DNA of 64,000 nucleotides from Octopus vulgaris (taxonomy: Eukaryota). Positions 30,501 through 42,774 of this stretch are shown here, in pieces (the first letter of the stretch is position 1; every line of letters begins with the position of its first letter). The stretch is taken from NCBI GenBank assembly GCA_951406725.2, contig OX597824.1:54684001-54748000 (forward strand), in the 5' to 3' direction. A program made the position numbers and the translations under genes. A model generated the notes under the pieces. The model made no database searches, was not told where the DNA came from, and saw nothing but the letters and a program-made list of their open reading frames with translations.

Positions 30501-31204
30501 GTGATCAATGAAACTGAATATCTTTTTACCAATTTTCAGCAAAAATTCATTCTTGGTTTGCATTGAAATTTGCTCAAAACTTCAATGCTAATTTTTGGCC
30601 AAAAAAAAATGTAAATAATGGAAGAAACCTTCCTGTATTAATCCCAAATGTGATCAGAATCTCAACACTTTTGCTCTCAAATTTATGACAGACAAATCAG
30701 CAAAACTTGAATGTGACCTGAAGGAAGAGTATCATGGAATGAAGTGTCTCACTGAATGGGAATTATGCATCATTGATTGAATTACTTGCGTTTTTGCAAC
30801 CTAACAGAGATTTTATATCATTTTGTATTTTGTTATGGCCAGGCTCCAATCCGAGTCACAGCAATGAAGTCCACCCGCCACACTTCTAGGTCTATCATCA
30901 CTGCCTCTAGGTCCTGGTTACATTCCAGGCCAGTGTCTGTAATGAATTTGCCAATGTCTAACGTTTTCCTCTTCTTACATCATCATGAAATGGGTTCCAC
31001 AAGACTAATTTGGATGCCTCTAGTTCAGGGTGGCACACGTAGTGACCAGATAGTTGCAACCATCATTGCCAGATGTTCTTGTTAACTTTCAGCAGGTCTC
31101 CATAAAGGCATTACTTTGTTATATGTTGCCGCCATTTCATATTTAGGGCCATTCGTAGCATCCTTTTATCCTATCTGATAATTTCTTTTCAGTGTCCATG
31201 TTTC

Positions 31205-31420
31205 ACTGAGATGCCTTCTTTGAACTTTTTTAAACTGATTCACATCATTTTAACAGTACCTGCAAGCAGTGTGACCTGTGAATACAGTTTTCCTAAGCTG
31301 CTGGTGATCAAGATTTATCGGTGGAATTCAATGAAGAACAACAGACTGGACAATTTAGGCATAATTGTCATGAAAATCAGACTCCTTATTACAATGTCCT
31401 TCGTTTTACAGGAAAAAAAC
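31205..31420 (+). pseudogene. hAT transposase C-terminal dimerisation-domain remnant
   Basis: LTVPASSVTCEYSFPKLLVIK.Y..NSM...RLDNLGI matches the hAT consensus TxPxSSASCERSFSKLKxIKxYLRSTMxxxRLxxL. Confidence 0.7.
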
Positions 31421-33638
31421 GAAAATGATGAATTGCTGTCGTGTATGTTACTACAATATACATTGTAACTGTAATTAAACGGAGAAACAACTGTGAATTG
31501 GATTGATTAATAAATAGAACCTAAAATTTTTATTTATATTAACATTTATATAAACTTTATCCTCATAGCTCTCGGACTGCAGCTTGCCAGGATTGGTACA
31601 AAATGTTTGACACCACTGATGATATGTCTTATGTCCGGAGAAAAGACAAGATAACCATGAGGGGAATGCCTATGACCATAGGCTTGCTCAATCAGGGCTG
31701 ACATGGACTATTTAATAACAGAAACATACCCTGCCGTTCTCATTCACATACAACCACCATCTGGAAACATATGTACTAACGTTTCACAAATATCAGTAAA
31801 AGCGGAAATCAACACACTTGATTTTACGCCACTAATGTGTTATTTAAAAAAAGTATATCTTAATAGACACCAAAATAAATGGCAACTGTTTTTTTTTTTA
31901 AATCATAAATAAGAAATCGTTAATTAAAACTAGTGTCTACTGCGATTTGATGCGAATTTGAATTCTAATCAATGAAGTGGTTTATTAGTTACAAAACTTA
32001 TTAGAATCACAGTTAGTTGAAATAACGAGTTATTCAAATCGCATCAATGTACCAAAGCAGGGGGGGGGAGGCTTCAAAAAAATTTTTTTTTTTAACTTTT
32101 CCATGGGGATATAACAGATAAGTCAAAAAATATACAATTTATTTTTTTAAATAGTCCAAAATTTCAGTTTTAAAAAGTCTTTCCATGAAAGAAGACAAAG
32201 CAAGCTGAAGAGAATTCTTTGCGTACAAAAGTACAAACATAGCAAAAAAAAATCTATGATGACGTCTGATGAATGGTTTGAGTAATTCTGGTTCACATCC
32301 CTAGATCTACGGTTGGCTTTAATTTTCTGTGATACAGGAAAATGTTATCAAAGGAAGCATTGGTCATAAATTCTTCAATACACAATACCAAAAGCATTTC
32401 TTCAAATTCGATTGAATAGATACTACAAAGCTTCATAATCAAAGACTAGATGCACCCACCCTATCGTGTCACAGCATGGACATCCTATGTGTACATACAT
32501 AAAACAAAGAGGGGAATTAAGTTGGGATGTTATTAAACCCACTACATCAGTATCACAAAAGTTAGCTAAGGCAATCAAACACATTTTTAAAACTTTATAC
32601 GAACTGGTAAAAAGAAAAGAGACATACATTAAGCTCAGGAGAATATCTACCAACAACAGCCTTAACCTAAGGACTTTTTTCACAGTTAAGAAGCGAATGT
32701 TCGATTGAAAAATACGACTGACCTTTCTGTGATCCTTTCCTCTGTCTCTGGACTTATTACACCTTTCCCGATCCACAGTACTCCTGGATTGAGATGACGA
32801 AGATACGGTTTCTGTTGTTCTCTGTGCACAGAGAAGTATATGATGAGGATTCAGTAGCAACTGAAGTTGACGATTCGACCAAATTATAGCGATCATATGG
32901 GTCGTCTTTTTCGAGGCCGATATTGCAGCGGGTGTCATACTGTCGTAAGTAGCGGCTTCCTCGTTCCAATCTGGATTGTGTCACGCTCTTGAGGCCCTTC
33001 CTAAACGACATGGCCTGTACCTAACTGACTATACGTAATGGTTTGTTGTGATTTCTGCACTTACTGATGACATGGAAAATAAACTTAGTAAGTGAAACAT
33101 TACTGCTAATTCACTAGTAGGCACAACCAGTCAGCGCGTACTAATTACAGAACAAATATGTGTACACATTGATCTTAAACAGGCTTCCTGCTATGTAGAA
33201 GCGTATGCGCATGCTTAAAGGAACAGTTTGAGACAGTCGTGGTGATCTCCCTTAGATTTATTGTATTAGCAGTCGAACGTTTTCATGTAAAGTATTTATA
33301 GTCATTGTATGAAAATTAAAACCGCAGATTTATAGACGAAGAGACATATGAGAATTTTTGGCCTTCTCAAAGGAAATAGAAACAATATCGCGAACACGGA
33401 TAGACGGGAGCTATTTCTTGCTGAAAAATATTCGCTACCTATGATTCACTGTTTACATTATTACGGGAGAGTACAAGTCTACGATCTACGTTCCAGGTTC
33501 AGTTTCTGATTGAAGATATTTCGCTAGCACAGCTAATGTACATGGAAAAGAACTTCCACAATGTACTACAATCAATAGTACTGAATTCTTACATTACGCA
33601 AGATTTAGTTTTTTATCTATAATATTTTTTCTGCTAAG

Positions 33639-34041
33639 GGCGGCGTGCTGGCAGAATCGTTAGCACGCCAGGCGAAATGTTTAGCAGTATTTCGTCTGCC
33701 GTTACGTTCTGAGTTCAAATTCTGCCGAGGTCGACTTTGCCTTTCATCCTTTCGGGGTCGATTAAATAAGTACCAGTTACGCACTGGGCTCGATATAATC
33801 GACTTAATCCGTTTGCCTGTCTTTGTTTGTCCTCTCTGTGTTTAGCCCCTTGTGGGTAGTAAAGAAATAGGTATTTCGTCTGCCGTTACGTTCTGAGTTC
33901 AAATTCCGTCGAGGTCGACTTTGCCTTTCATCCTTTCGGGATTGATCAAATAAGTACCAGTTACTCGCTAGGGTCGATGTAACCGACTTAAACCCTTGTT
34001 TGTCCCCTCTATGTTTAGCCCCCTGTGGGCAATAAAGAAAT
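33639..34041 (+). mobile_element. tRNA-derived SINE with tandemly duplicated 3' body and target-site duplication
   Basis: A-box-like TGGCAGAATCG and B-box GAGTTCAAATTC; central GTCGACTTTGCCTTTCATCCTTTCGGGGTCG domain. The body repeats at ~33871. Flanked by AATATTTTT(T)CTGC at ~33621 and ~34043. Confidence 0.85.
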
Positions 34042-35119
34042 AAATATTTTTCTGCAACGGTTTATGTAAGTGACATTAACTGTGGAACGAAAGTGGAGAA
34101 GTAATTTGTTATACACATAATATTTATATTCGTAAAATAAGGTCTGATAAAGTAAAGAATGTAATCAAAGACAATATATTATAGACTTAAATCATCTCAT
34201 ACGAAATGCCCCGGACTTCCTCCTCTGCTGCCATTCTTTCCGTTCCAGTCCATTGATCTTCGTGCGCTTGAGGTTTTTCTAGAATACACGCCACCGGGTG
34301 TTTTTCAGTCGGCTTTTTCTCTGTGCTCATAGAAGTATATGACGGATTCAATAGCAGCTGAGGTTAGCGATTCGACCGAATTATATAGCGACCACACTGG
34401 TCGTCTTCGGCGAGGCCACGGTAATCATTGCATGCCGAGTACCAGGCAAACGTAAAATGGAACCTTCGTACGAAACAGAAACATAACCAAGGTGTTTTGC
34501 AGTGGCTGGGATTTGCTTCGCAGAAGTATTTTTACATTTGTAGTTCCATCTTGCTAGGTGACTTTGAGGATCGTCATAGATATAGTTTGTAAATTATATC
34601 TTGCTTCTTGGTCACTTCTCCATGCTTCAACAATACAAAACCGTCGGCAGATCAATTGCTAGGTATAGCCGGAGCTTATGTCACCACTGACGTTTTGGTT
34701 ATTCAAATTTGATACATGTGTACAGTCACCGGAAGTAACTTGCACGGACACCGGAAATACATCTGCCATCACCAGAGAAAACAAAGCAACTACCCCCAGC
34801 GACTTGCCTGACCTTTCATTGGACAAAAGCTACCTACCTGCCATTCTATTGGACACTGGCTAAACATCACTGCTGATATTTTTGTATAAATAGACATCAT
34901 AAATCGCTGTAAAACCAGTTGATTTTTGGCACATGATATACTGCGGTGAGTTATTTATGTCTGTTTTTGAATATTTTGATTACGAATCTGTAAGTGTTGA
35001 ACTTTTGTTGAAAATTGTTGTTTGAACTTTGAACGTCTGGTGTTTAACCACGGAGGGGAAAGTGCTGTGCGTTGTAGCAAACAAAAACAAAAAACAATTT
35101 TTGAAAGTGAACGAATATT

Positions 35120-37480
35120 TTGTCTGAAAAAATGTTTGAAACACTATCTGACGAAGGTTCGCCTTCTAGAGAAACTGCAGTAGGTTCGCCTACATTGAAA
35201 GTTGTTAAAAGTTCGTCTTTAAAAGAAACTGTAATAGATTCGCCCAAATTGAAAGATGTTGAAGGTCCGCCTTCTGGTGAAGCTGTGAAAACAGACAAAG
35301 TTAGTGAAGGTTCACCTTCCAAAGGAAAAAATGAAACAACTTACAACTCCGCAGCCGACGCTGGAAGAAAAACTGAAGAAATCAAAATGGAAGAGATAGA
35401 TTTTGAAAATTATAAAACTATGTTCACAAGGGAGGGGAACAATATAAAAGCAACCCTCCCACAAGAAATTAAAGACAGTACTCTAAAAAGAATAATAATA
35501 TATAAATCATATATTATAAAAGAAAAGAAAATCGAGAAAGTGTCGAAGGAACAGACGGAAAAATGCCTTCATCCAATATGGCACGATGTAGACTACGTGA
35601 CGTGGGGGAAAAAGTACGCCACAATAGCGGTGTACTTCAAAGAGGAAGAAATGGCTAAAAAGCATTCACTAACCCCGATTAAAACCAGCGACATAATCCT
35701 CCTACCTTCATATTTGGGGCGAAGAACATCCAAAATACGGATAGAAGATATTCCCCCAGAAATAGAGGTGAATTGGTTAATAGGGTGGAAAAGAAAATAA
35801 ATGTAATAAACATCACTAAGATCCAAAAAGAAAACTGGAGAGGACAGGCGGCCCCAGAAACTCTGGAGGAGGTCCCGGAGAACATCAATTTCGACGAGGA
35901 AATAAACTTGCGGGTGGTGGTGGAGGGGCGAAAGCCGAGATGCTATGAGTGTGGCGAAAAGGGCCACATCCATATGGAATGCCCCACCCGCAAGAAAGAG
36001 GAAGATAAAAGAAGGGCAGAAGAAGAGGAGAAGGGAACAAAACCAAAGGAAGATGAAAATGCCTTCATGCTGGTGAGGCAAAAGAAAGAACAATGACGTA
36101 AACCCACCCATCCCATGTACAAACAAAAAGAAAACAAACACACAGGGAGAAAATCTACCCCACCCAACCATGGTTCTCCACAAAAAGGAGGAAAAAAAGA
36201 GAAGACCCCCCAGCCCAACCCGAACCACCCCCACCCCCAGTACCGAGCAATTCCCTCCCCTCCCAAACTACTCCCCGTGCCCCCCCCCATCATACTCCCC
36301 GTGTCCCCCCCCATCATACTCCCCGTGTCCCCCCCGATCATACTCCCCGCTGTCCTCCCCATCACCCCCACAAAGCCCAAAAAAGAAAATAATAGAATTC
36401 GAAACAGTATTCGCAAATGAAAGGTTAACAAAACAAAAAGACAAAATCCCAACGGCACACAAAATCCAGACACATAGGGTACTCCCCGAATTTTAATATT
36501 ATAAGAGAGGAGTACCCGGGGGACATTAATGGTCCGCGACTCAACCTGCACGAGTCACTATACAAAGCGGACATCCCCCCACGACCAACAGAAAAGAAAA
36601 ACAACTAAAAGGTAGGTAATGTCTCGTATTTATGTAGGGTGTATAAATGTACGTGGCCTGATGTCGAACTGGAAGCAAGGGCGCCTCCTAAATGACATCA
36701 GGTCACGAGATTTAGATGTTGTTGCCACAGAAACCTGGTTAAAGGGGCCAAGAGATCTGCTCCCGCTGCTCGGCGGTTACGAGGGAATTATCTCTCCGAG
36801 CCGTTCGTCCGGCGGAAGCGGGGTGTTGGTCCTGTGTAAAAAGAACCGGGTTTCTGAGAAAAAGTTGATTTTTTCAGATCCAGAAGGTAGGCTGGTCATC
36901 GTTGATTTGACGTTCAGTAGTCTTAAGACAATCAGGCTGGTTGCGATTTACGCACCCTGTAAGATAGGGGAACAAAGTGATTATTTTCGGAACCTTGGAA
37001 AGTTTCTGAGTACATCGCACCCTTTAGTAATTTTAGGAGACTTCAACACAATCTGCGATGCACGGGTAGACTGTGAAGGCTCGCGTACAGATGGGAAAGG
37101 AAATGCTTGCTTCCAGGATCTACTAAGACGTTTTGAGCTGGTAGATCCATATAGACTGTAACATCCGAACACTCCATTGTGGACATGGTCAAGCAGCAAC
37201 GGATCTTCCAAGTCATACATAGACAGGATACTAATTAGAAAGGTAGATAGAAAACTAGCTAAGAGTCCACAGCTCCACATGGTCAGCTACAGTGACCACA
37301 AGATAGTCAACTGTAGGCTAGACATAGATAAGACGAATAGAGGTCCTGGTTGCTGGAAACTTAATGTCCCTCTTGGCGATTAAGGAGTACAGTGACAGGA
37401 TTAGGTTAATGATTCAGAGGGCCATGACCGGATCCATTATTAACAACAAATGGTGGTATGCCCAAAGCGAGCCATCAGAT
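35120..37480 (+). mobile_element. Tx1/L1-type LINE 5' portion: ORF1 (CCHC knuckle) and ORF2 APE, 3'-truncated
   Basis: ORF1 pieces include CYECGEKGHIHMEC. ORF2 from 36619: INVRGL, TETW, DPEGR, AIYAP, GDFN, WTW, YIDRIL, SDH, GPGCWKLN. Frameshifts and stops; fused to Helitron sequence at ~37482. Confidence 0.88.
36268..36365 (+). repeat. 24-bp C-rich minisatellite within LINE ORF1
   Basis: About 4 copies of TACTCCCCGTGTCCCCCCCCATCA. Confidence 0.85.
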
Positions 37481-37973
37481 ACAAGTCTCAGGATAGTAGA
37501 GTCACCATGGCTGGCATTTCTTAATGACGGACAGCAACGTAGTCGCAGTTTAACGGCTGGCGTAAAATTTTGAACTTGATGTAAAACAAAATTCCTAAAC
37601 ACCAGGTTTTTAAGTGATTCTTTCTCACGACAGTAGACTCACCAATGCAAGCATTCAAAACTTCTTCATCATGGACAGCAACACATTGACGATTTAAAGG
37701 CTGGCGCAAAATTTTTAGCTTCATATAACAGAGAATTCCTAAAGACCCGCTCCTGTAAATTTAATCCTCTTCCAGCCCCATTTAGACCTCTTTTCACATT
37801 TTGGTTAATATAACCCGATTTCATTCGGGTCTACTCGGGCCACATTTTATAAGATGAGGAATTTTGTCCTAGAGGTCACGCCTTTCCTTTGAGGGAAGAA
37901 ATAGTTGCCATGCAAACTCGCCAGCGCTTTTAACATAGGTGTGCATATTTTCAGCACAACCGACCACATAATG

Positions 37974-38028
<55 letters not shown>

Positions 38029-38787
38029 ACGCATTATATATATAAATGTATACAAATTATATATATATATAAATTACATTAGAGATAAAACCACTATTAG
38101 GCAAATCAAACAGTGAAAATCATAAACCAAAACATAAAAATATAATATACAAAATATATAAAATTTAAATTATTTAAAATTAAAATTATTAATTTATATT
38201 TATAATTTTTTTAAATATATATAACTATCAAAAAGTATTCAAAAGTTTAATACAGATATATACACTTTGTATATATACATTATATATACATATTTATATA
38301 TAGAACACACACACACACATATATAAATTAACCTAATAAATATCTGATTCATAATATTTGTTCTCATGATTGTGTGTTAGTGGCGATGATAATTCTCTCT
38401 ATGAATGCAGACAGACGTAGAGAGAGAGAGTGTGTGTGTGAAAGCGGTGTCGATGGCGGGCAGGGGGGGGAGATATAGGACGCTGAAGGGGAAGTAGGCG
38501 CTGTGAAACGACGTTATAGATAGAAAGTGATGGGAAGGGAGGAAAGAGAGTGAGTGATGGAGAAAGACAGACACATAAAAGAATGAGAGTAGACTTGTCA
38601 AAGTACGTTTTTGGCCCTAGCAACGACACCTTTTAAGATAGGAATTTCTAACCTAGCCCACTCGCATCCTCACTTCATTTTACATGTCCCTGTAAATTTT
38701 GGTGTCAATCCGACGGGATCTAGTGGCTTTTAACCCGTTCTCAATGTCAAAACCAGACAAACAAACTTTTCGCATTTCAGAATTATA

Positions 38788-39062
38788 TGTGGTTGATGAA
38801 AGGAGCACAACGGAAACAAGGAAATAGGAAACAGAGGTGCAATAAGGTCTTACCTGACGGGGGATGAAGTCGGATGGCCTTCAGCCAACTTGCTCGCGTG
38901 TTGTCGTCTCGGTGCCTTGCTGGGGTCTGCCGTAGCCGGTCGATGCCGCACGTGCGTTGAGTCTCTCACTTCCGCTTCCGCCGGCGCATGCGCCCTGCAA
39001 GACCTGTAAGCATCACTTCCGCTCCCGCCCGTCCCGTCACACTCCTTCATCACCACACCACA
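38788..39062 (-). repeat. 3' LTR
   Basis: Direct repeat of 42775-43049. Confidence 0.97.
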
Positions 39063-39098
39063 CGCCCCCCTGATCTATAAATCACTGAACCAGCTTCC

Positions 39099-42019
39099 TC
39101 ACTCGCTCCCGCACCCGAAACTGGTTTCATAATCAGCCAGCCAGGGAGGAGGGTGCCGGTCCCTCTGTGGTCGCAGCGCGACCCTAGGACTTGTTTCTGG
39201 TGTGTTGCTGTCGACCTCGTCATCCTGTCGGTTGTTTTCGTCCTGCCCACTGTTGCTTGTCCCATCCTCTGGGGCATGGACAATCCTCCGTATGTCCAAA
39301 ACGTGGCGTGGCATACCATCGATGGAGATGTTATTTTTCGAACTTACGGAGGTTATTGTCCCCTTTCCCCATTGCGATGTACACCGTGCGTTTGGGGGTT
39401 TTACCCAGACTTCCTCCCCGACCCGCACGAAGGCGTGCTCTTCCTCTGCCCCGGGTTGCATTGATTTAGTACATGGATGCCTCCACTCGTACCTGAATAT
39501 TGCTCTGTGTGGCACCGATTCCTCAGCCTGTCCGGATCGGGGAGACAAGTTGTACCAAAAAACTGCTTCAAGCGGCGAAATGTGCCCCCTTTCCGCTATG
39601 GCCTTGACTGTCCGATGGTGCCTCTCCACGATCCCATTACCGCCCGGCCTATACGCTGCTCTGAACAAGCGTCGCACGTTCCACCGATCAAGCATAACCC
39701 TCAATGCTTCCGAACGAAATGCCGCCCCGTTGTCCATCAGTAGTTCTTCCACGGGACCTCTCTCTAAAAATATCCCGTTCAGGATCTGCACGATCTCGTC
39801 AGCAATGCCCGATCTCAACTCCTCCAAATGGCCAGCCGGCCCGGCCCACAGTCGACCATGGAGAGGTACGTTCGCTGACGGTAGTGTGTCACATCCACAG
39901 CTAGCCTTTTCCAGTTCTGCTCCACGGAAAGGCTTCCCTGTTCATGCCCACACGGAGCAGGGTCGATGGACTGACACCTGTCGCAGCTCCCGACCACCTT
40001 CCGGACGCTTCTCCTGGTCACGTCAGCATCAATCTTTTTTGCCAGATACAGGGTCCTGTCCACCCCCAGGTGATGCACAGCGTGCAATTTCTTCAGCTCG
40101 GAGTCATCCAACCGACACGCCGCAGCTATCCCTCTCCGCGCCTCCTCCGGTTCTTCCAACCACGCCCTTTTCACCCTGGTCAGTACGTCCGCCTTGTTTT
40201 TCTCCGAAGGCACGAAGACCACGTTCAGCTTGAGTCCGAATTCGGCGATCAGTTCACCTAGAACTCCTAGGCGGCGATTCACTAACATCTCCGCAGCACC
40301 TTTCGTCCGCACTCTCCTGTCATCGGTGATCACTGATCCTACCCAGCCAAGCACAGTGGCCGAATCCGTCCGCATTTCAATCGTGCGCAGCCCCCATTTC
40401 AAGGCCAAGTTCACCCCTTTCAGTAGCGCGTCTAGTTCGGCGACATTGATGTGGTTGAAATCATCTGCTTTCCGAAGCCAGGACGCGTCCTCCACCGCAG
40501 TGCCTTCGATTGCCAACACCACCCCTATCGCTATACTGCTAGCGTCACACCAGACAGTCCCGCATTTCGTCCTGGGCACGTACCAGTTCCCCCTGACCGG
40601 GTCTTCCGCTCTTGTCCTCTCTAGGATCTCCTGCATCATCGCCACCGTCCCTTCTCCCACCTTGTCGCCCCACCTCTCTCCTTCTGCTCGTCTCTTGGTG
40701 TAACTACACGCCGTGCGCAGCCATCCAGCGATCGGGTAGTGACCGACCAACTTCCCACACACCGAGAACAGCTCTCTCCTGCTGACGCTGGAACTCAGCT
40801 CTGGGATTTCATTTCCTCTCCGGAACACCAATTCGCCTGATCTATCTCTTCGCAGCTTCAGCCCCAGTGCGGCTCCCCCTTCAATCGACTCCGGCGGCTT
40901 AGCAATCAGTCCGAACTTCTCCAGATGTCTCACTACCTCGTCGGCTGCCACTACAGTTTCGTCCACCAAAATGTCGTCAATGTAGGAGCTGGTGGCCTTT
41001 CTAATCTTGCCGTCTTTCCCCAGGACGGACCTAAGCACTGCCGACATGATCTTCGGAGCAGAATTCAGCCCGAAACCCAGCCTGGTTAGACAGTACGTCC
41101 GGCCCTTGTACCGCACCAGCTGATATCGCCATAGTTTGTCGCTCACATGGAGCTGCAAGTATGCCGATCTCAAGTCGACAATCGTCGCTGCCTCAGTCGA
41201 CTGTCTCCACTTGCGCAATGCCTCACCACAAACGTCTGTCGCCTCACCTCCCGTGTGACACGATATGTGCTGGTTTAACTCCCTGAAGTCCAGCACCGGT
41301 CTAACTTTTCCCTTCGTAGGCTGCACCACCGCCATCAGGGGTAGCACTCCGCCCGCTACCTCCTCCTTCCAAGGGACAAGGATCCCTTCCTCGATCCACC
41401 TCTCCACCTCGTCTTCAAACTCAACCCTGGCGTGGCCTTTCAGAGTATGCTGGTAACAGCTCACCCTGTTCTCCAGTGTCGGGGGCTCGTCCTTCCATTT
41501 CCACTCTATCGTCCACCGCCGACCATCGAACGCCGCCTGAAAGTCCTTGTCCTCGATGGTGTAAGCAGCGCCGTCCCTCGCGGGGCTCTGCTCCCTCTGG
41601 TGATCCTGACTCGCAGCGCACGACGCCCCCACGCTTCCGAACGTGACCTTATTTCCCACAACGCTGACGCCACCGAGGCAGTTGATGGCGTCCATCCCCA
41701 TCACCACATCAACTCCATTTATCACGCGTTCGGCCACAATTGCCTGTAGCCTTAGCGTCGCGCCGCGCACCACTATCTCTACCGCGCTGCTGCCTCTGCA
41801 ACGGATTTCGCTGCCGTCGACCGCCCGGACACTACACACCCCGTTCCATTCCTTCGTCACCCTCGAAGTCACCAGGGTGGTCGTACAGCCCGTATCCACA
41901 AGGGCCTTGAACGTCTCCCCCTCGGCCTCCACGTCGATCACTGGCAGTGTCTCCAATAGCGCCTCTACTCGTTTGAGGGGAAAGTTCGAGAGGCAGCAAC
42001 TTCCCCGCGGTCGTTTCCC
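39099..42019 (-). CDS. pol: Pol polyprotein (protease, RT, RNase H, integrase); one 1-nt frameshift at ~39822
   Basis: Protease LVDTGC; RT RPVLDFRELN, LGFGL, YIDDIL; RNase H WCDASS, AELDA, TDS, NKAD; integrase HHLG..C..C, VDV, DNG, NGIVERHHR. Confidence 0.92.
41961..42019 (-). promoter_or_regulatory. -1 ribosomal frameshift signal (G GGA AAC plus pseudoknot)
   Basis: Slippery heptamer in the gag frame at 42019-42013, 6-nt spacer, stem GGGGAAGTT/AACTTTCCCC. Loop GCCTCT can pair with downstream AGAGGC. Confidence 0.8.
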
Positions 42020-42730
42020 TGGCCGCAATCACGGGCAATGTGCCCTGTCTGCCTGCATCGATAGCAAACTGGCCCCAGCTGCGTACAGTCCCGCGCCATG
42101 TGCGGTCCCTGGCATTTAAAACATCGTCCTGAGAACGGCCGCTCTCGTTGCACGGTGGGCTTCCGTACCTCTTTCTCGTGACGTCGTCCGTCTTTACGCG
42201 CCTCCGTCACCGCCATCGCTACCCCCTTCCGCCCCGAGTGTCTCGTCAACCCGCGAGCATGAGTTACGAGCTCGCTCAATGGCATCTTTTTGACCCCGGG
42301 CAGTTGTTGTAGGTGAATTCCTACGTCATCGGGGAAGCCATTTACGAATGCCAGTCGGGATGCTCTCTCCAGTCCTTCTCCGGCAAACCCGGCCAGAGTC
42401 GCTAGCCTTCTAGCTTCCGCCGCAAAATCATCTACCTGGCCTCCCGTCCACCTGATTGCACCCAGCTTAGCGAAAGCTGTGTACTCGCATTCCGTGTATG
42501 CGTCACACAAGCGCCGCTCTATATTCCCATCGCAGAGCCGTTCTTTTTCGTCCATTTCTAGGTAGAGCGACAACGCACTTCCTTCCAAATACAGGGCCAT
42601 AAGACTCGCCACGTCGCTTATGCCCTGCAAGTCTCGCCACCAGCCTGATTTTCCGAATCCAGGCCACTACATCGCCTTCGCCGTTAAAAGATCTAACGAC
42701 GTCACTGGCGATCCTAATTTTTGCCGACAT
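41965..42730 (-). CDS. gag: Gag with two CCHC zinc knuckles; one 1-nt frameshift at ~42630
   Basis: ATG at 42730 gives MSAKIRIASDVVRSFNGEGDVVAW..., continuing as QGISDVASL. Knuckles CFKCQGPHMARDC and CYRCRQTGHIARDC. Confidence 0.88.
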
Positions 42731-42762
42731 CGTGTTGAAAAAAATGTGAACACTGACTAAAT

Positions 42763-42774
42763 GCCGAAATAGCT
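42763..42774 (-). promoter_or_regulatory. Non-canonical primer-binding site complementary to tRNA-Phe nt 1-12
   Basis: Element sense AGCTATTTCGGC immediately follows the 5' LTR. The + strand reads GCCGAAATAGCT, the 5' end of metazoan tRNA-Phe(GAA) as recalled from human and Drosophila. Confidence 0.7.

Noticed and set aside
31612-31702. C/D-box snoRNA or hammerhead (CTGATGA…CTGA)
   Set aside because: No terminal stem or hammerhead stems; it looks like a decayed repeat tail.
32423-32938. 171-aa minus-strand ORF as a host gene
   Set aside because: No recognisable domain. The overlapping 84-aa frame is a better though still unproven candidate.
38850-39056. Identical 68-aa ORFs in both LTRs
   Set aside because: Non-ATG start; identity simply reflects LTR identity.
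39202-40703. Long plus-strand ORFs (343 aa, 169 aa) antisense to pol
   Set aside because: Expected shadow ORFs in GC-rich coding sequence, with no motifs.
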